Positions 20,654-30,960 are shown, numbered from the stretch's first letter. The stretch: 64,000 nt of DNA from Nitrospirota bacterium (GCA_963788195.1 CAWBGA010000005.1:64001-128000); one strand, 5' to 3'. Notes: generated by a model from the letters alone, not told the origin. Program-made: numbers and translations.

Positions 20654-21029
20654 ATGAAACATACAGTACTCCATGTCAGTGTGATCGCCATGTTCCTTTT
20701 CGGCCGCTCCCGCCATCACGCGCGCAGACCCTGGGCCGCCGGTGCCTGAAGCAGCTCGGATTTGTTCGGTGCGCTTACCGAACTGGGTGTCACCATCAGC
20801 GCGACTCTAGCGCAAGAGGTCATCAAGGCCGGCGAGAGTTTGACCAAAGAGCATTTTGACATTGAATCGTGGCGGGGTCCTGGTCTCGATCCGGAGGAAT
20901 CGTGGGCGGCTTCACATGAAGCTGTACCCAAAGGGTAAAAGCAAATCAGACGAACACCTCAACGCCGAGACCTACTACCGCCTGGACCGCCACGGTCTGA
21001 AAGAGCTGGAATTTAGCACTTCCCGCTAA
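20654..21029 (+). CDS. Hypothetical secreted protein, frameshifted
   Basis: Coding-like pieces DLFGALTELGVTISA... and MKLYPKGKSKSDEHLNAETYY...* in different frames. Confidence 0.35.
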
Positions 21030-21212
21030 TAGCACTGCCCGAAGAAAGCCCCAAAAGAAGGCCTCAACACTTCCACCATAAAGGAGCGAACCCATGGGCA
21101 AAGGTCAGGACCAGCGAAAAGAGACGAAGAAGAAACCGGCAAAATCAATGGCGGAAAAACGGGCTGCGAAAAGGGCCAAAAAGAAGTCCTAGGATTCCTG
21201 GCGCAGACTCGA

Positions 21213-21629
21213 TCATTCCTCGTTTTCGACAGCCTTGCGGTTCGCCTTGAGTCCCGCCCGGTGGTGTTTGGTCTCAAGTATCTTCTCTTTCGCGCGCTTG
21301 CTTCGCTTTCGCTTTTGACGGCGGATCTTCTCGATCTCTTGCTGGCGCCGACTGGCCGCGCCTAACACCACTTCTTCCATCTTGTCCGCCAGCCGCCTAC
21401 GGGCCAGAAATCGATTCATCCCTTGAGAACGCTCCTCCTGGCAGCGTACCGATAGCCCGGAGGCGCGGTGAATCAGAATCACACAGGTGGAGACCTTGTT
21501 GACATTCTGACCGCCGGGTCCCCCGGCGCGCACGAAGCGCTCTTCCAGGTCCTGCTCACGAATGCCCAGCTTGAGCAGACGGGCTTCCAGCGCCTTCCAT
21601 TTGTCAGAGCTGACGGGAAAATTCGGCAA
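21213..21629 (-). CDS. Peptidyl-tRNA hydrolase, ArfB/YaeJ-like
   Basis: RAGGPGGQNVNKVST (GGQ motif), RSQGMNR, basic C-terminal tail. Confidence 0.85.
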   Translation of the reverse strand: MPNFPVSSDKWKALEARLLKLGIREQDLEERFVRAGGPGGQNVNKVSTCVILIHRASGLSVRCQEERSQGMNRFLARRRLADKMEEVVLGAASRRQQEIEKIRRQKRKRSKRAKEKILETKHHRAGLKANRKAVENEE

Positions 21630-21776
21630 GGTAAGTTACTCATCCATGTCGATGGTTTTGTCCTGGGACAAGCCATGTCCGCGTGAAACCGGCCGCCTGC
21701 GTAGTCTAACGGGGCTTGGGGGCTTTGGGAAGCGGTTGGACTTATTTCACCAAAAAGGTATATATTTTATACCAAT

Positions 21777-22037
21777 ATGGAATTCGAGTTCGATGAGTCG
21801 AAGAGCCGCACAAACAAGGAAAGACACGGAATCGATTTCGTTGATGCGCAGGCTCTCTGGGAAGACATGGATTTACTCGAGGTCCCGGCGAAAATGGAAG
21901 ATGAGCCGCGAGCCGTCGTCATAGGAAAGATCGGAGGGCAGCACTGGTCGGCGATCATTCCATGGGGAAAGGACAAGATCAGGATTATATCCGTCAGACG
22001 ATCCCGGAAAGAGGAGCGGGAACTCTATGAAAGCTAA
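21777..22037 (+). CDS. brnT: BrnT-family toxin
   Basis: FEFDESKSRTNKERHGIDF...IRIISVRR. Confidence 0.85.
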   Translation: MEFEFDESKSRTNKERHGIDFVDAQALWEDMDLLEVPAKMEDEPRAVVIGKIGGQHWSAIIPWGKDKIRIISVRRSRKEERELYES

Positions 22038-22251
22038 AGAATTAGACAAGCGATTTGACGCCGGAGAGAATATCACCAAGATCCTTGACCTTGCTCGTGC
22101 TCAAAGGACTAACCAGGTGCAAAGACGCGTTAATGTCGACTTCCCCTCTTGGATGATTCGGTCCCTGGACAAGGAAGCAGATCGGCTAGGGGTCACACGA
22201 CAATCAATCATCAAAGTCTGGATTTCCGAGCGCCTGAAAGAGCTCGCCTGA
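22027..22251 (+). CDS. brnA: BrnA/CopG-family antitoxin
   Basis: MKAKELDKRFDAGE...RVNVDFPSWMI..LDKEADRLGVTRQSIIKVW; overlaps toxin. Confidence 0.85.
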   Translation: MKAKELDKRFDAGENITKILDLARAQRTNQVQRRVNVDFPSWMIRSLDKEADRLGVTRQSIIKVWISERLKELA

Positions 22252-23339
22252 TGTCGCATGCTCGGATTGCACAAGAACTCGCCTCAGCCGAGGCCGCCTG
22301 GAAGGCCGCGAACGAAGGCAAGGCGCGGGTCTGTGCTCGCCGTGCCGTGGCGCTGGCAACCGAGGCGTGGCTGGCGCGTGTCACGTTCGCGCCATGGCGG
22401 GGTGATGCCATGGAACATCTCCGTCAGATTCAGCAGGCAGCATCCCTTCCTCTTGCCATCCGGCAGGCGGCTGAGCGATTGAGCACGACCGTGTCCCGGC
22501 GACACGCAGCTCCGTTCACCATGGATCCTATCGGTGATGCGAGAGTCATCGTCGAGTACCTCACCGCCAATACCAAAGAAATGTCCCGATCTATTCTTGA
22601 CCATCCCATACTGAGCAGGCGCTATTTCTCGCCTCGACGTGAGGCGCCTCCTGACATCTTCTGGATCGATTGCGAAGAGGCACGTCTTGCCTGCGCCTAC
22701 GTCGCGCCTCACCCCGCCGCCCTCACGCTTGTACATTTCCATGGAAATGGCGAAGTGGTGGCGGACTGCCTCCCGGAGTTGGCTGCTGATCTCACGTCGC
22801 TCGGAGTCAACGTCCTCTTTGTCGAGTATCGAGGCTACGGAGCCTCCAGCGGTGAGCCAGGTCTCGCGCGTATTCTTGATGACGTCCCCGCAATCGTCAA
22901 AGCCCTCCCCGTCACGCCCAGTCAACTTGTGGCCTTTGGACGTTCCCTGGGCTCGCTCTATGCCATCGAGCTTGTGCGTTGTTTTCCGGAGTCGGCGGGC
23001 CTCATCATCGAAAGTGGGATCGCTGATCCTCTGGAACGCATCTTGATCCGAGTACGACCCGAAGAAGTGGATGCAACCGCCCCTGAGCTCGCTGCCGAAG
23101 TGCGCGCCCGACTCGATCCCCAAGCGAAGCTCGACGCGTACAGCGGTCCTGTTTTGGTGCTCCACGCGAAGGAAGACAGCATGGTCGATGCCTCTCATGC
23201 CGTGCGGAATGCCAGTTATGCCCGGCGTGCGACCTTGCGGCTCCTGCCCGAGGGAGACCACAACAGCATCTTCGAAGACAACCGTGAGGAGTACCTCGCC
23301 GCACTTTCAGAGTTCCTAAAAGGAATTAAAGTGGCGTGA
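22251..23339 (+). CDS. Helical N-terminal domain fused in frame to alpha/beta hydrolase
   Basis: HFHGNGE, EYRGYG, GRSLGS, GDHN; internal ATG at 22581 may be a separate start. Confidence 0.75.
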   Translation: MSHARIAQELASAEAAWKAANEGKARVCARRAVALATEAWLARVTFAPWRGDAMEHLRQIQQAASLPLAIRQAAERLSTTVSRRHAAPFTMDPIGDARVIVEYLTANTKEMSRSILDHPILSRRYFSPRREAPPDIFWIDCEEARLACAYVAPHPAALTLVHFHGNGEVVADCLPELAADLTSLGVNVLFVEYRGYGASSGEPGLARILDDVPAIVKALPVTPSQLVAFGRSLGSLYAIELVRCFPESAGLIIESGIADPLERILIRVRPEEVDATAPELAAEVRARLDPQAKLDAYSGPVLVLHAKEDSMVDASHAVRNASYARRATLRLLPEGDHNSIFEDNREEYLAALSEFLKGIKVA

Positions 23340-23537
23340 GCTCCTTTAACGAGCGAACAGCGTAAAGGCTTCTATGAACGCAACAAGCCCATCGCTGTTT
23401 TGATGATCGTCATCGTGCTCCTGCTCCCCATTGTGGGGGCGTTCGTCAGGGGTTTGTTCGGTGCGATTCTGGGAGTGGCGATTTCAGTCGCAGCCTACTA
23501 TCTGACACCGTATATCGGACACAGACTGCGGTCATGA
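23340..23537 (+). CDS. Small two-TM membrane protein, start codon not evident
   Basis: APLTSEQRKGFYERNKPIAVLMIVIVLLLPIVGAFVRGLFGAILGVAISVAAYYLTPY, in frame directly after the hydrolase TGA. Confidence 0.45.
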   Translation, partial: APLTSEQRKGFYERNKPIAVLMIVIVLLLPIVGAFVRGLFGAILGVAISVAAYYLTPYIGHRLRS

Positions 23538-23571
23538 CATTCTTCTCCCGTCACGTGGTCCAGACAAGTCG

Positions 23572-25377
23572 CTACGCCTTTAATTTACCCTCGAGCTCCG
23601 CCCATCGGGCGTAGAGCCGCTCCACCTGCCGTTCCGCTTCTTTCAGTGCCTCCACCGATTTCTGCAATTGCACGTGGTCTGCGGCGATAGCGGGATCTTC
23701 AAGGCGGAGATGGCAGGTCGCCAGCTCAGCCTCGGCAGCGAGGATTTTCGCCTCGACGGTCGCGTGCTCTTGCTGCTCCCGATAGCTGAGCTTTTTGGAC
23801 GACGGGCGCCGAGGGGGAACGCTATCGGCCGTGCGTGTTGCCGCTTGCTCTGTTTGGGACGCCTTACTCTGGACCCACCTGTCCCACTGTTCGTAGTCCG
23901 CGAACAGGCCGTGCGCACCGGTCCCGTCCAAGCCTACAAACTGATTGCAGACCGTGCCCAACACATAGCGATCGTGCGTGACCAGCACCAGCGCGCCCGG
24001 GAAGTCCGATAAGCTGTCCTCAAGCACCTCGAGCGTCGGAATGTCCAGATCGTTCGTCGGCTCGTCCAACAGCAACACGTCGGCGGGCTGCAGCATCAAC
24101 CGCGCGATGACCGCTCGCGCCTGCTCGCCTCCCGACAAGAGCCCGACCTGCACGTCGAGCTGTTCGGCGGTGAAGCGAAAGCGCTTGGCCCACGAGACGA
24201 TATGGGTGGGACGCTCTCGATAGGTGACGTACTCGCCCGTGTCGGATAGCGTCCGCCTCAAGGTCATCTTAGGGTCAAGCTGTTCCCGGTTCTGATCGAA
24301 ATACACGACGCGAAGGGCGTCCGCATGGGAGACGGTGCCGTGATCGGGGTCCAGCGTCTTCGCCAGTAATTTGAGGAGCGTCGATTTGCCGGAGCCGTTC
24401 GGCCCCAAGATCCCAAGCGCCATTTTCGGGGACAACACGATATTCAGGTCGTGAATCACCGGCCTTCCGCCGAAGGCTTTGCCGAGGCGCTCGGCCACGA
24501 TCAAGCGTTTGGTCTTCCGCCCGGAGCCGACAAAGTCGATGGCGGTCTCCCCTTCGCGTAAGCGTGCGGTGGTTTCCGCGAGCTCCGCCTGCAAAGCCTG
24601 AGCGCCGTCCACGCGATACTTGGCTTTCGTAGTTCTCGCTTTGGCTCCCTGCCGCAGCCATTCCACCTCGCGCCGGACTTTTCCAGCCAACGCCTGCGCC
24701 TGTTCGGCCTGTGCGTCCTGGTAGGCCTCTCGCTTCAGGAGAAACTCTGAATATGTGCCGGGAACGGAAAAAATGCCCTCTGGATACCGGGTGTTCACTT
24801 CCGCCACCGTGTTCGTGGCGCGCTCCAGGAACCACCGATCATGGCTTACCATGACCCAGGCCCAGGGCGCCTGGGTCATGAGCTGTTCCAGCCACTGCAT
24901 CCCTTCCAAGTCGAGATGATTCGTGGGCTCGTCCAGTAACATCACATCCGGCGCCTGGACCCACGCGCACGCAATCGTGAGCCGCTTTGTCCACCCGCCG
25001 GAGAGATCCCCCACACGCTGTGCGCCTTGCTCAAACCCCATCCTTCCCAAGGTCTCCTGCACGCGCGCCAGCCGTTCATCAACTCGGACGCCCGACACCA
25101 GCGCGGCGCGCTCGACTTCCTCGATCACTGTGGTCTCCGGATCGAACTCCGACCGTTGCGGGATATAGGCGATGCGAAGTCGTTGGCGTCGCGTGACAAG
25201 ACCTTCGTCGGGTTGTTCGAGACCTGCCAGGATCTTGAGGAGCGTGCTCTTACCCATCCCGTTCGGGCCGATGATCCCCATGCGATCCTTCTCGGAGATA
25301 CTGATGGTGAGATCGTGAAACAGGCGTTTGGCGCCGTACGCCTTGCTGAGTTTTCGTCCTTGGATCAGAGCGGACAT
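23572..25377 (-). CDS. uup: ABC-F family ATPase, Uup-like
   Basis: Two NBDs (GPNGMGKST, GPNGSGKST; LSGG; LLDEPTN), ARTTKAK linker, KKLSYREQ C-terminal coiled coil. Confidence 0.88.
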   Translation of the reverse strand: MSALIQGRKLSKAYGAKRLFHDLTISISEKDRMGIIGPNGMGKSTLLKILAGLEQPDEGLVTRRQRLRIAYIPQRSEFDPETTVIEEVERAALVSGVRVDERLARVQETLGRMGFEQGAQRVGDLSGGWTKRLTIACAWVQAPDVMLLDEPTNHLDLEGMQWLEQLMTQAPWAWVMVSHDRWFLERATNTVAEVNTRYPEGIFSVPGTYSEFLLKREAYQDAQAEQAQALAGKVRREVEWLRQGAKARTTKAKYRVDGAQALQAELAETTARLREGETAIDFVGSGRKTKRLIVAERLGKAFGGRPVIHDLNIVLSPKMALGILGPNGSGKSTLLKLLAKTLDPDHGTVSHADALRVVYFDQNREQLDPKMTLRRTLSDTGEYVTYRERPTHIVSWAKRFRFTAEQLDVQVGLLSGGEQARAVIARLMLQPADVLLLDEPTNDLDIPTLEVLEDSLSDFPGALVLVTHDRYVLGTVCNQFVGLDGTGAHGLFADYEQWDRWVQSKASQTEQAATRTADSVPPRRPSSKKLSYREQQEHATVEAKILAAEAELATCHLRLEDPAIAADHVQLQKSVEALKEAERQVERLYARWAELEGKLKA

Positions 25378-25714
25378 GGATTATCCCCGTGGCGTCCAGG
25401 CGAGGTGGGAGTGACTGTTCCAGTGTAAGCAAAACCCAGACATTAAGCAAAAATGAACAGAGCGCCACCCGCCGGCTAGCGGCTTCATGAGGCGATGCGA
25501 ATTCGCTGGTGCCTGGTAAACTTAGTCGTACGGAGGGGGATGGTATATTTAAATACAATCAACGGGCCAACCCGGCTTTTGGGTGGTGGATGCCGAATGT
25601 AACCTTTTGGCCCTTTCTGTCGTCTAAGGATGTAGAGATCCGGCGCTGAAGGCAGAACAAGGTAGACATCGGGTTTTCCTTCGCGCTCGTTGGTCTCAGG
25701 TGTAGGAGGATTGT

Positions 25715-26152
25715 ATGTCACGTCTAACTGTAGCTATCCTCGCAACTTGGCTGCTCTTGCTTGCCAGTCCCGCGTCTGCCTATGTTTGGCGCTGTCACAC
25801 ACCGAATGGAGACGTGTGGACAAGCCAGCCACCTCAATCTGGGGATTGCGAAGAATACGATGGGACGTTCAACCCAGGGGCGGCACCTCCAGCCGCGCCT
25901 CCAGTAGAATACGCGCAACTGTACGCCCCGCCCCCTCCACTGCCGCCAGCGCCGCCCGTGGTAGCCTACTCGTATCCGTATCCGGTGCCGTATCCTGTTC
26001 CTGTACCACGGTATTACTATGGCGGTCCCCGGCTGTATCTGGGCGCCCCGCCATTGATCTTTGACTTCCGATTCGGATCAGGCGGCCGTGATTTCCGGTT
26101 TGGATACGGCGGACGAGGTGGCGGCCACTTCCGCGGTCATCGTTGGCGCTAA
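25715..26152 (+). CDS. Pro/Tyr/Gly-rich secreted protein
   Basis: GGAGG RBS, signal peptide ending ASA, Cys pair. Confidence 0.6.
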   Translation: MSRLTVAILATWLLLLASPASAYVWRCHTPNGDVWTSQPPQSGDCEEYDGTFNPGAAPPAAPPVEYAQLYAPPPPLPPAPPVVAYSYPYPVPYPVPVPRYYYGGPRLYLGAPPLIFDFRFGSGGRDFRFGYGGRGGGHFRGHRWR

Positions 26153-26174
26153 GACAGTAGCGGGATGGTGTCTC

Positions 26175-26210
26175 AAAAAAGGGGCAAAGCCTACCCGGAC
26201 TTTGCCCCTT
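26175..26210 (-). terminator. Rho-independent terminator for hsp20
   Basis: AAGGGGCAAAG...CTTTGCCCCTT stem with U-tract on the minus strand. Confidence 0.65.
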
Positions 26211-26232
26211 CTGACTTGCGGAACTAAATCTC

Positions 26233-26634
26233 TTATTCGACTACAATCCGCCGCGGTTTGGCATCTTCCCGCTTTGGAATTTCGATCGTCAGGAGTCCTT
26301 CCTTATAGGAAGCTGAGACCTTGCTGGGATCAACATTGTTGGGAAGTCTAAATGAACGTGAGAAATCTCCTGTTCCGATTTCTCGGGCGAAGTAGGTACG
26401 GTTCACCGCATCATCCCCTTTTCTTTCGCCTTTTACGGTCAAAACCCCGTCGTCGAAGACAATGTCGATATCCTTGCGATCGAGACCCGGCAACGCGGCC
26501 TGAACCCAGAACCCCTTCTCGTCCTCGTAAGTGTTGCAAGCCGGATTCCACGCCGATGAGCGATTGGCGGCCTGCAGAGTGTCATTCAGAAACTTGTCGA
26601 CATCAAATGGCGCATAGCTAAGATTAAATGTCAT
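26233..26634 (-). CDS. Hsp20/alpha-crystallin small heat shock protein
   Basis: AALPGL, LTVKGER, FSRSFRLP, ASYKEGLLTIEIPK. Confidence 0.92.
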   Translation of the reverse strand: MTFNLSYAPFDVDKFLNDTLQAANRSSAWNPACNTYEDEKGFWVQAALPGLDRKDIDIVFDDGVLTVKGERKGDDAVNRTYFAREIGTGDFSRSFRLPNNVDPSKVSASYKEGLLTIEIPKREDAKPRRIVVE

Positions 26635-26762
26635 GGAACCTCCTTTGTGAGCCGTTCGGCTCGTCGTTTACGTACTGTATAGATAAGGCTGAAATGCAGG
26701 GAGTCAAGGGGGGTGACGGCGTTTGCGCTGAACGCTCTGGAACGATCCCGACCCTGATGGGC

Positions 26763-27500
26763 CTATGCAGGCGTATGGATTCTGGGACCTGTTGAATCGG
26801 GTCTGAGTAGATTTTCGATGGCCGAGAAAAGCTGAGCGACAGTCTTGTCAGACACCTTTGGTTCGATCTCCTCAAGGATCTGCCTGAGTACCTGCGGGAG
26901 GCTCTTCAAGAGCTTGCTCAGATCAATGTTCGCAGCATTGATGCTATCGACGATCTGAGACAGCATGCTTGCCTGCGGTTGAAGCTCGTGGAGTCCGTGG
27001 GCCGAGATGGATCGTGTCTGCGTAACGGCGATCTGCTCCGACTCCTGGACATCAAGCTGAAAACTCGCAACGCTCCCGAGGTCCCCAATATTGAGGGCTT
27101 GGTCTAGCGCGCCTTCAGGATCGTCCCCGAGGAACTGTTTCACTATCTTCTCCAGCTTTCCTACTAGCCGCTGCAAATCCGCTTCTTCTTGCTGATCGAG
27201 TTGGCCTTCCACGGAGACTGCGATCGAATTGGATCTCTGGACTTCCGACGCCGTGGCATGAAGGTCTATGCTCCGGCGCGCGTCGGTGCTTTGAAAATTT
27301 AATTCAGTATAAGAGGCGCGCAGTAGTGATTCGGTCGACAGCGTCACCCGATCGCCGCCGGCGGTCAGGACTGTGAGATCGGCATGCGTTTCTGTGCTTG
27401 CCTTGACCCGCAACACGTCTGATGTTCGAAAGCCCGCAGGCAAATGCTGAAGGTCGAGGGTTGAGGCCGATAGTGGTAGAAAGGAGGAAATCGGTTGCAT
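26763..27500 (-). CDS. Hypothetical protein, DUF5610-like
   Basis: TAGGDRVTLS and VSVEGQLDQQEEADL motifs; family call tentative. Confidence 0.5.
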   Translation of the reverse strand: MQPISSFLPLSASTLDLQHLPAGFRTSDVLRVKASTETHADLTVLTAGGDRVTLSTESLLRASYTELNFQSTDARRSIDLHATASEVQRSNSIAVSVEGQLDQQEEADLQRLVGKLEKIVKQFLGDDPEGALDQALNIGDLGSVASFQLDVQESEQIAVTQTRSISAHGLHELQPQASMLSQIVDSINAANIDLSKLLKSLPQVLRQILEEIEPKVSDKTVAQLFSAIENLLRPDSTGPRIHTPA

Positions 27501-27795
27501 ATGTCGTCCTTGTCTGGATTGCCCGGCGGCGTGGTTTACGTGGTCTAAAGGGCTTATCGGTGATTTTCTTGGCAACTTAATGTATCCCCAGACCCTCAAA
27601 CTACCGCGAGCAGAATTGTCGAAATCCTTCGAAAGCGTTCGCTGACAAATTTCCAGGTGGATCAGTAAATTTGTCGCTTGTCTGTTGGCAATGTCATTAC
27701 TTAGTCTCCAAGGCCTGTGGCAATAAAAGCTTGTAGAAAGCAACAAAAGCTGTAGCAGAGGTTAGCAAGGACAAACCAACAATAGGAGGAATGGT

Positions 27796-28095
27796 ATGAA
27801 TAAATTGCTGACAGTGGCCGGGACTGCGCTCTTGAGCCTTTCATTCATCTCCCTGGGCTTCGCGGCGGGCGCAGATTCAGGCGCAGGAACGGGATCTGCA
27901 CCTCCCTCATCGTCATCTGGACCGGGGATGGGCAGCGGCGGCATGGGCGGCGACGCGCCCGATTCCAGTGCCGACAAGAGTAAAAAGAAGAAAGGTGACT
28001 CGAAACCAAAAGCCGGCAGCGCTCCTGCGCCAGGGGGCGAAGGTTCCAATCCTACGCTGGACCCGAAAGGAAAAGGATCAGCCAGCGGCGGCTAA
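27796..28095 (+). CDS. Gly/Ser-rich secreted peptide
   Basis: AGGAGG RBS, signal peptide, low complexity, hairpin downstream. Confidence 0.6.
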   Translation: MNKLLTVAGTALLSLSFISLGFAAGADSGAGTGSAPPSSSSGPGMGSGGMGGDAPDSSADKSKKKKGDSKPKAGSAPAPGGEGSNPTLDPKGKGSASGG

Positions 28096-28170
28096 TTCGT
28101 AAAACGTACTGCATGCGGAGTGGGGGTTTGGCCTAGCTGGCCTGCCCCCACTCTGCCTCCGGTTTATTCC

Positions 28171-28944
28171 TCACGAAACTTGAGACGCTGTTCTGAACGG
28201 TTCGCACTGTTGAGCCAACTGGTCAAAGAAATAATCGGCCAGTGGTTGGAGATTCATGGCGTCGGCGGCATTATAGGCCAGCAATAATTCGAGTGAGCGT
28301 GCGTCATGACCATAGCGCCAGCGATTCCATAACCGCACGGCATCCCAGCCGTTGAGCCCTTGCAGAGAAGCCTGTCGTTCAACCCCGACGGCTGCTTCGA
28401 TGTACTTAAGCCCGCCGCGCAAGCCCAATCGCCTGGCTAAGAAACAAAGATCAATATGCGGTTGATCAAAAGTAAGCTTGGGATAAGTCGCCGTGAGATA
28501 GGGAAGATCAAAGGCCGCCCCGAAAAACGTGATCACCAGATCGTAGCGAGACAGTTCTGCGCATAGACGGTCTTGTGTCAATGACTCGCCCCGCACGAGG
28601 CTCGTCATGCGTCCCGCCGCATAGAGGCCGACCACTGTCACATCCCCGAAGGAGCCCCCGGCAGTCTCGATATCCAGATATACTGCCCGCGGGCGCAGCC
28701 AGTTGTATAGACGCCACTGATCTCTCGGCTTCAAGCAACGGGCAAAGTACCGGGCATCGTCACGTCCATGATGGTGAAGTGCTCGAGACAGGTCCTCATC
28801 GTACAAGGTTTTGCGACTGCGGCCGATGCCGGGCAACGACGGCGCTGCCTGAAAGGTCTGCCACGTTGCCACACCGTGGCCCCAGAGCTTCCGCTCAGTA
28901 GCTTCACCAATACCGTTCAGCAAAATGAACGTGGATTCGATCAT
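28171..28944 (-). CDS. RNase H-like exonuclease, YprB family
   Basis: YLDIET, TFFGAAFDLPYL, HIDL, GGLK, YNAAD. Confidence 0.85.
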   Translation of the reverse strand: MIESTFILLNGIGEATERKLWGHGVATWQTFQAAPSLPGIGRSRKTLYDEDLSRALHHHGRDDARYFARCLKPRDQWRLYNWLRPRAVYLDIETAGGSFGDVTVVGLYAAGRMTSLVRGESLTQDRLCAELSRYDLVITFFGAAFDLPYLTATYPKLTFDQPHIDLCFLARRLGLRGGLKYIEAAVGVERQASLQGLNGWDAVRLWNRWRYGHDARSLELLLAYNAADAMNLQPLADYFFDQLAQQCEPFRTASQVS

Positions 28945-29106
28945 GCCCCTGCGCCATCTGACAGCCAAGCCGCGGGTATGATAACGCAATGGACTAGAAA
29001 AAACAGGTCAAGACACCATTGCAGCCCTGAAGGAAAAGACTGTACTATTGAGCATTATTTTCCATATCCACCCATGTCAGCTTAAATCGATGCGACCCCT
29101 GCCATA

Positions 29107-29532
29107 ATGCAATTTGATCCAGCCATCGCGGCGCAGGCATCCTTTAAACGCGCGATGGAATCAGACGAGCTTGGGCCGGATCTGAAAGACGCTACTGAAG
29201 CGGAAGAGGTTTTTTCGGCAAGCGCCGGCAGCGAAGCGAGGGCCGCCTATTTCCGACTGCTGGAAATCGGCCGGCGTCATCCTTCTGCGGCATCTTTCGA
29301 AGAGTTCCTTATCTACATCACATGGCAGCAGGTCACGGAGGAGACCATCCCAGAGCATTTTCGTCGCGGTGCGGAGCTTTCTCACAACTACTTAAGCCGG
29401 CCGATTTCCGGCCAAGATCCGATCCAGGCTGCCCAGATCAGGGAACTCAGACAGTCTTTTCTTGGAGGTCTCGGGCAAACTGACGACGATGAGGCGGAGT
29501 ACGATGAGGACACACTGAAAGGCGGAGACTGA
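29107..29532 (+). CDS. Hypothetical acidic protein
   Basis: Clean 141-aa ORF whose 3' end is duplicated downstream with synonymous differences. Confidence 0.65.
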   Translation: MQFDPAIAAQASFKRAMESDELGPDLKDATEAEEVFSASAGSEARAAYFRLLEIGRRHPSAASFEEFLIYITWQQVTEETIPEHFRRGAELSHNYLSRPISGQDPIQAAQIRELRQSFLGGLGQTDDDEAEYDEDTLKGGD

Positions 29533-29574
29533 GGAGCCCAGACCCGCAGGAGATTCCCTAGTGCCGGGCTTGGC

Positions 29575-29946
29575 TCAGGTGCCGTCGATGGGTCCGTAAC
29601 TCACGTTGACCGTATCGTTGCCGATCGTGGCTGCCAGCTGACCCCAGATATACAGAAACGGTTTCGCCGAAGCTGTTTCAGGAATCACCACCTCGACGAT
29701 CCATTTTGACGACGACAGCTTGAGATATTGGCCATCGCGTTGGATCTGAATCGGGCACGAGCTCTTTAAGTGAACGTGCGGCTCAATTTCCTCTTTCGCC
29801 CATATGACATTGCCGACAACGAGACACTTGATCCGAGGCATCGTCCGCGACTCGCTAGGGCCGTCTGAGAGAATGGGATGTGTCGTGGGAAGGCCGGGGA
29901 GTTGGGAAAGACCCAGGGATATCAGCATCGCAAGCAGCAAGGTCAT
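29575..29946 (-). CDS. Hypothetical secreted protein
   Basis: N-terminal hydrophobic signal, beta-rich body with Cys pair. Confidence 0.5.
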   Translation of the reverse strand: MTLLLAMLISLGLSQLPGLPTTHPILSDGPSESRTMPRIKCLVVGNVIWAKEEIEPHVHLKSSCPIQIQRDGQYLKLSSSKWIVEVVIPETASAKPFLYIWGQLAATIGNDTVNVSYGPIDGT

Positions 29947-30046
29947 GAGTTCTCCCAGAGGACGTTGTAAAGATCATCTGGTGTAGTCTCCATAATACAC
30001 CTCTGCCATATAAAAACCTAATTAATCTTACCTCAGTGCTCTTGGG

Positions 30047-30121
30047 TTTTCTACGAGGTCTTGGGCAAACTGACGACGATGGGGCGGAATATGATGAGGA
30101 CACACTAAAAGGCGAGACTAA
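30047..30121 (+). pseudogene. Diverged direct duplicate of the 3' end of 29107-29532
   Basis: Aligns with 29457-29532; differences mostly at third codon positions. Confidence 0.85.
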
Positions 30122-30540
30122 GTACTTTCCGCATCCACGATAATCACATAGTCGATGAGATTGTCCATCGCCTCACACGGAATCAGACACGATAGTCGAT
30201 AGAAACGTTCGTCCTTGCTTCCGACGGTGAACTCTATCGATGTTTCTTTTGACTGGGCGTTCAAGAGCGGACTCGTCAATTCTGCGCCTTTTGAATTGAG
30301 CATGAACTTATGCGCTGCGTGCGATTTGTCGGCAAACCTAAATACGAGCTTCACTCGCGTGCCTTTTGCCAGGGTCATTTTCTTGTCGGAGATGGAGATA
30401 TCCGAGGTGACAAGGCCTGCCCTTGTGACGTTCAGGACAATCACCTTCGTGCCGCCGGCGTGGGTGGCCGGCATCCCACCCGCGAAGGTGAGCGTGCCTG
30501 CAACCAACCACGCCATCATTTTTATCGCCATTGTTTTCAT
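30118..30540 (-). CDS. Secreted cupredoxin-like protein
   Basis: Signal peptide, GTRVKLVF, AAHKF, YRLSCLIPCEAM. Confidence 0.55.
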   Translation of the reverse strand: MKTMAIKMMAWLVAGTLTFAGGMPATHAGGTKVIVLNVTRAGLVTSDISISDKKMTLAKGTRVKLVFRFADKSHAAHKFMLNSKGAELTSPLLNAQSKETSIEFTVGSKDERFYRLSCLIPCEAMDNLIDYVIIVDAEST

Positions 30541-30555
30541 TTTTTAGACCTTTTC

Positions 30556-30690
30556 CTAGCCGATAACCGTACTCGAGATCTTTGCGTGCTTCTTCTCCGG
30601 TTTTGGGGGCTTCTGAGAAGAAAGAGCAAACACCGAGGCGATCATCATCAGAACAAATGTACCGATGAGCGAGAGTCCTACAGTATCCAT
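30556..30690 (-). CDS. Small single-TM protein
   Basis: AGGAGG RBS; MDTVGLSLIGTFVLMMIASVFALS plus basic tail. Confidence 0.5.
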   Translation of the reverse strand: MDTVGLSLIGTFVLMMIASVFALSSQKPPKPEKKHAKISSTVIG

Positions 30691-30736
30691 GTCACACCTC
30701 CTGGTCATCCGAGGTCCTATTCTGCATCTGCTACAT

Positions 30737-30752
30737 TGCAACCCGTAGGCCA
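30737..30752 (-). promoter_or_regulatory. Putative sigma-54 promoter
   Basis: TGGCCTACGGGTTGCA on the minus strand (GG-N10-GC), ~45 bp upstream of ATG. Confidence 0.5.
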
Positions 30753-30960
30753 GCACGTGTGAAGCACGGCTGCTCAAAAAAACTCTTTGCAAATCGTGGG
30801 ATTTCACTAATCTGAAGCTCGAAAGGCTGAGCCAGTGCCTGGTGGGGGCAGATCTGCGGAACAGGAAGGATACAATTGCGTATTTGATCGGATAAATCCT
30901 AAAGCAGGGGTTCTGCGAAGATTGCTTTAGGAGGCGCCCCTGGCGGCTTGCAACGGTATG

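Noticed and set aside
29457..30121. Diversity-generating retroelement TR/VR pair
   Set aside because: Differences are not adenine-specific and no reverse transcriptase is present
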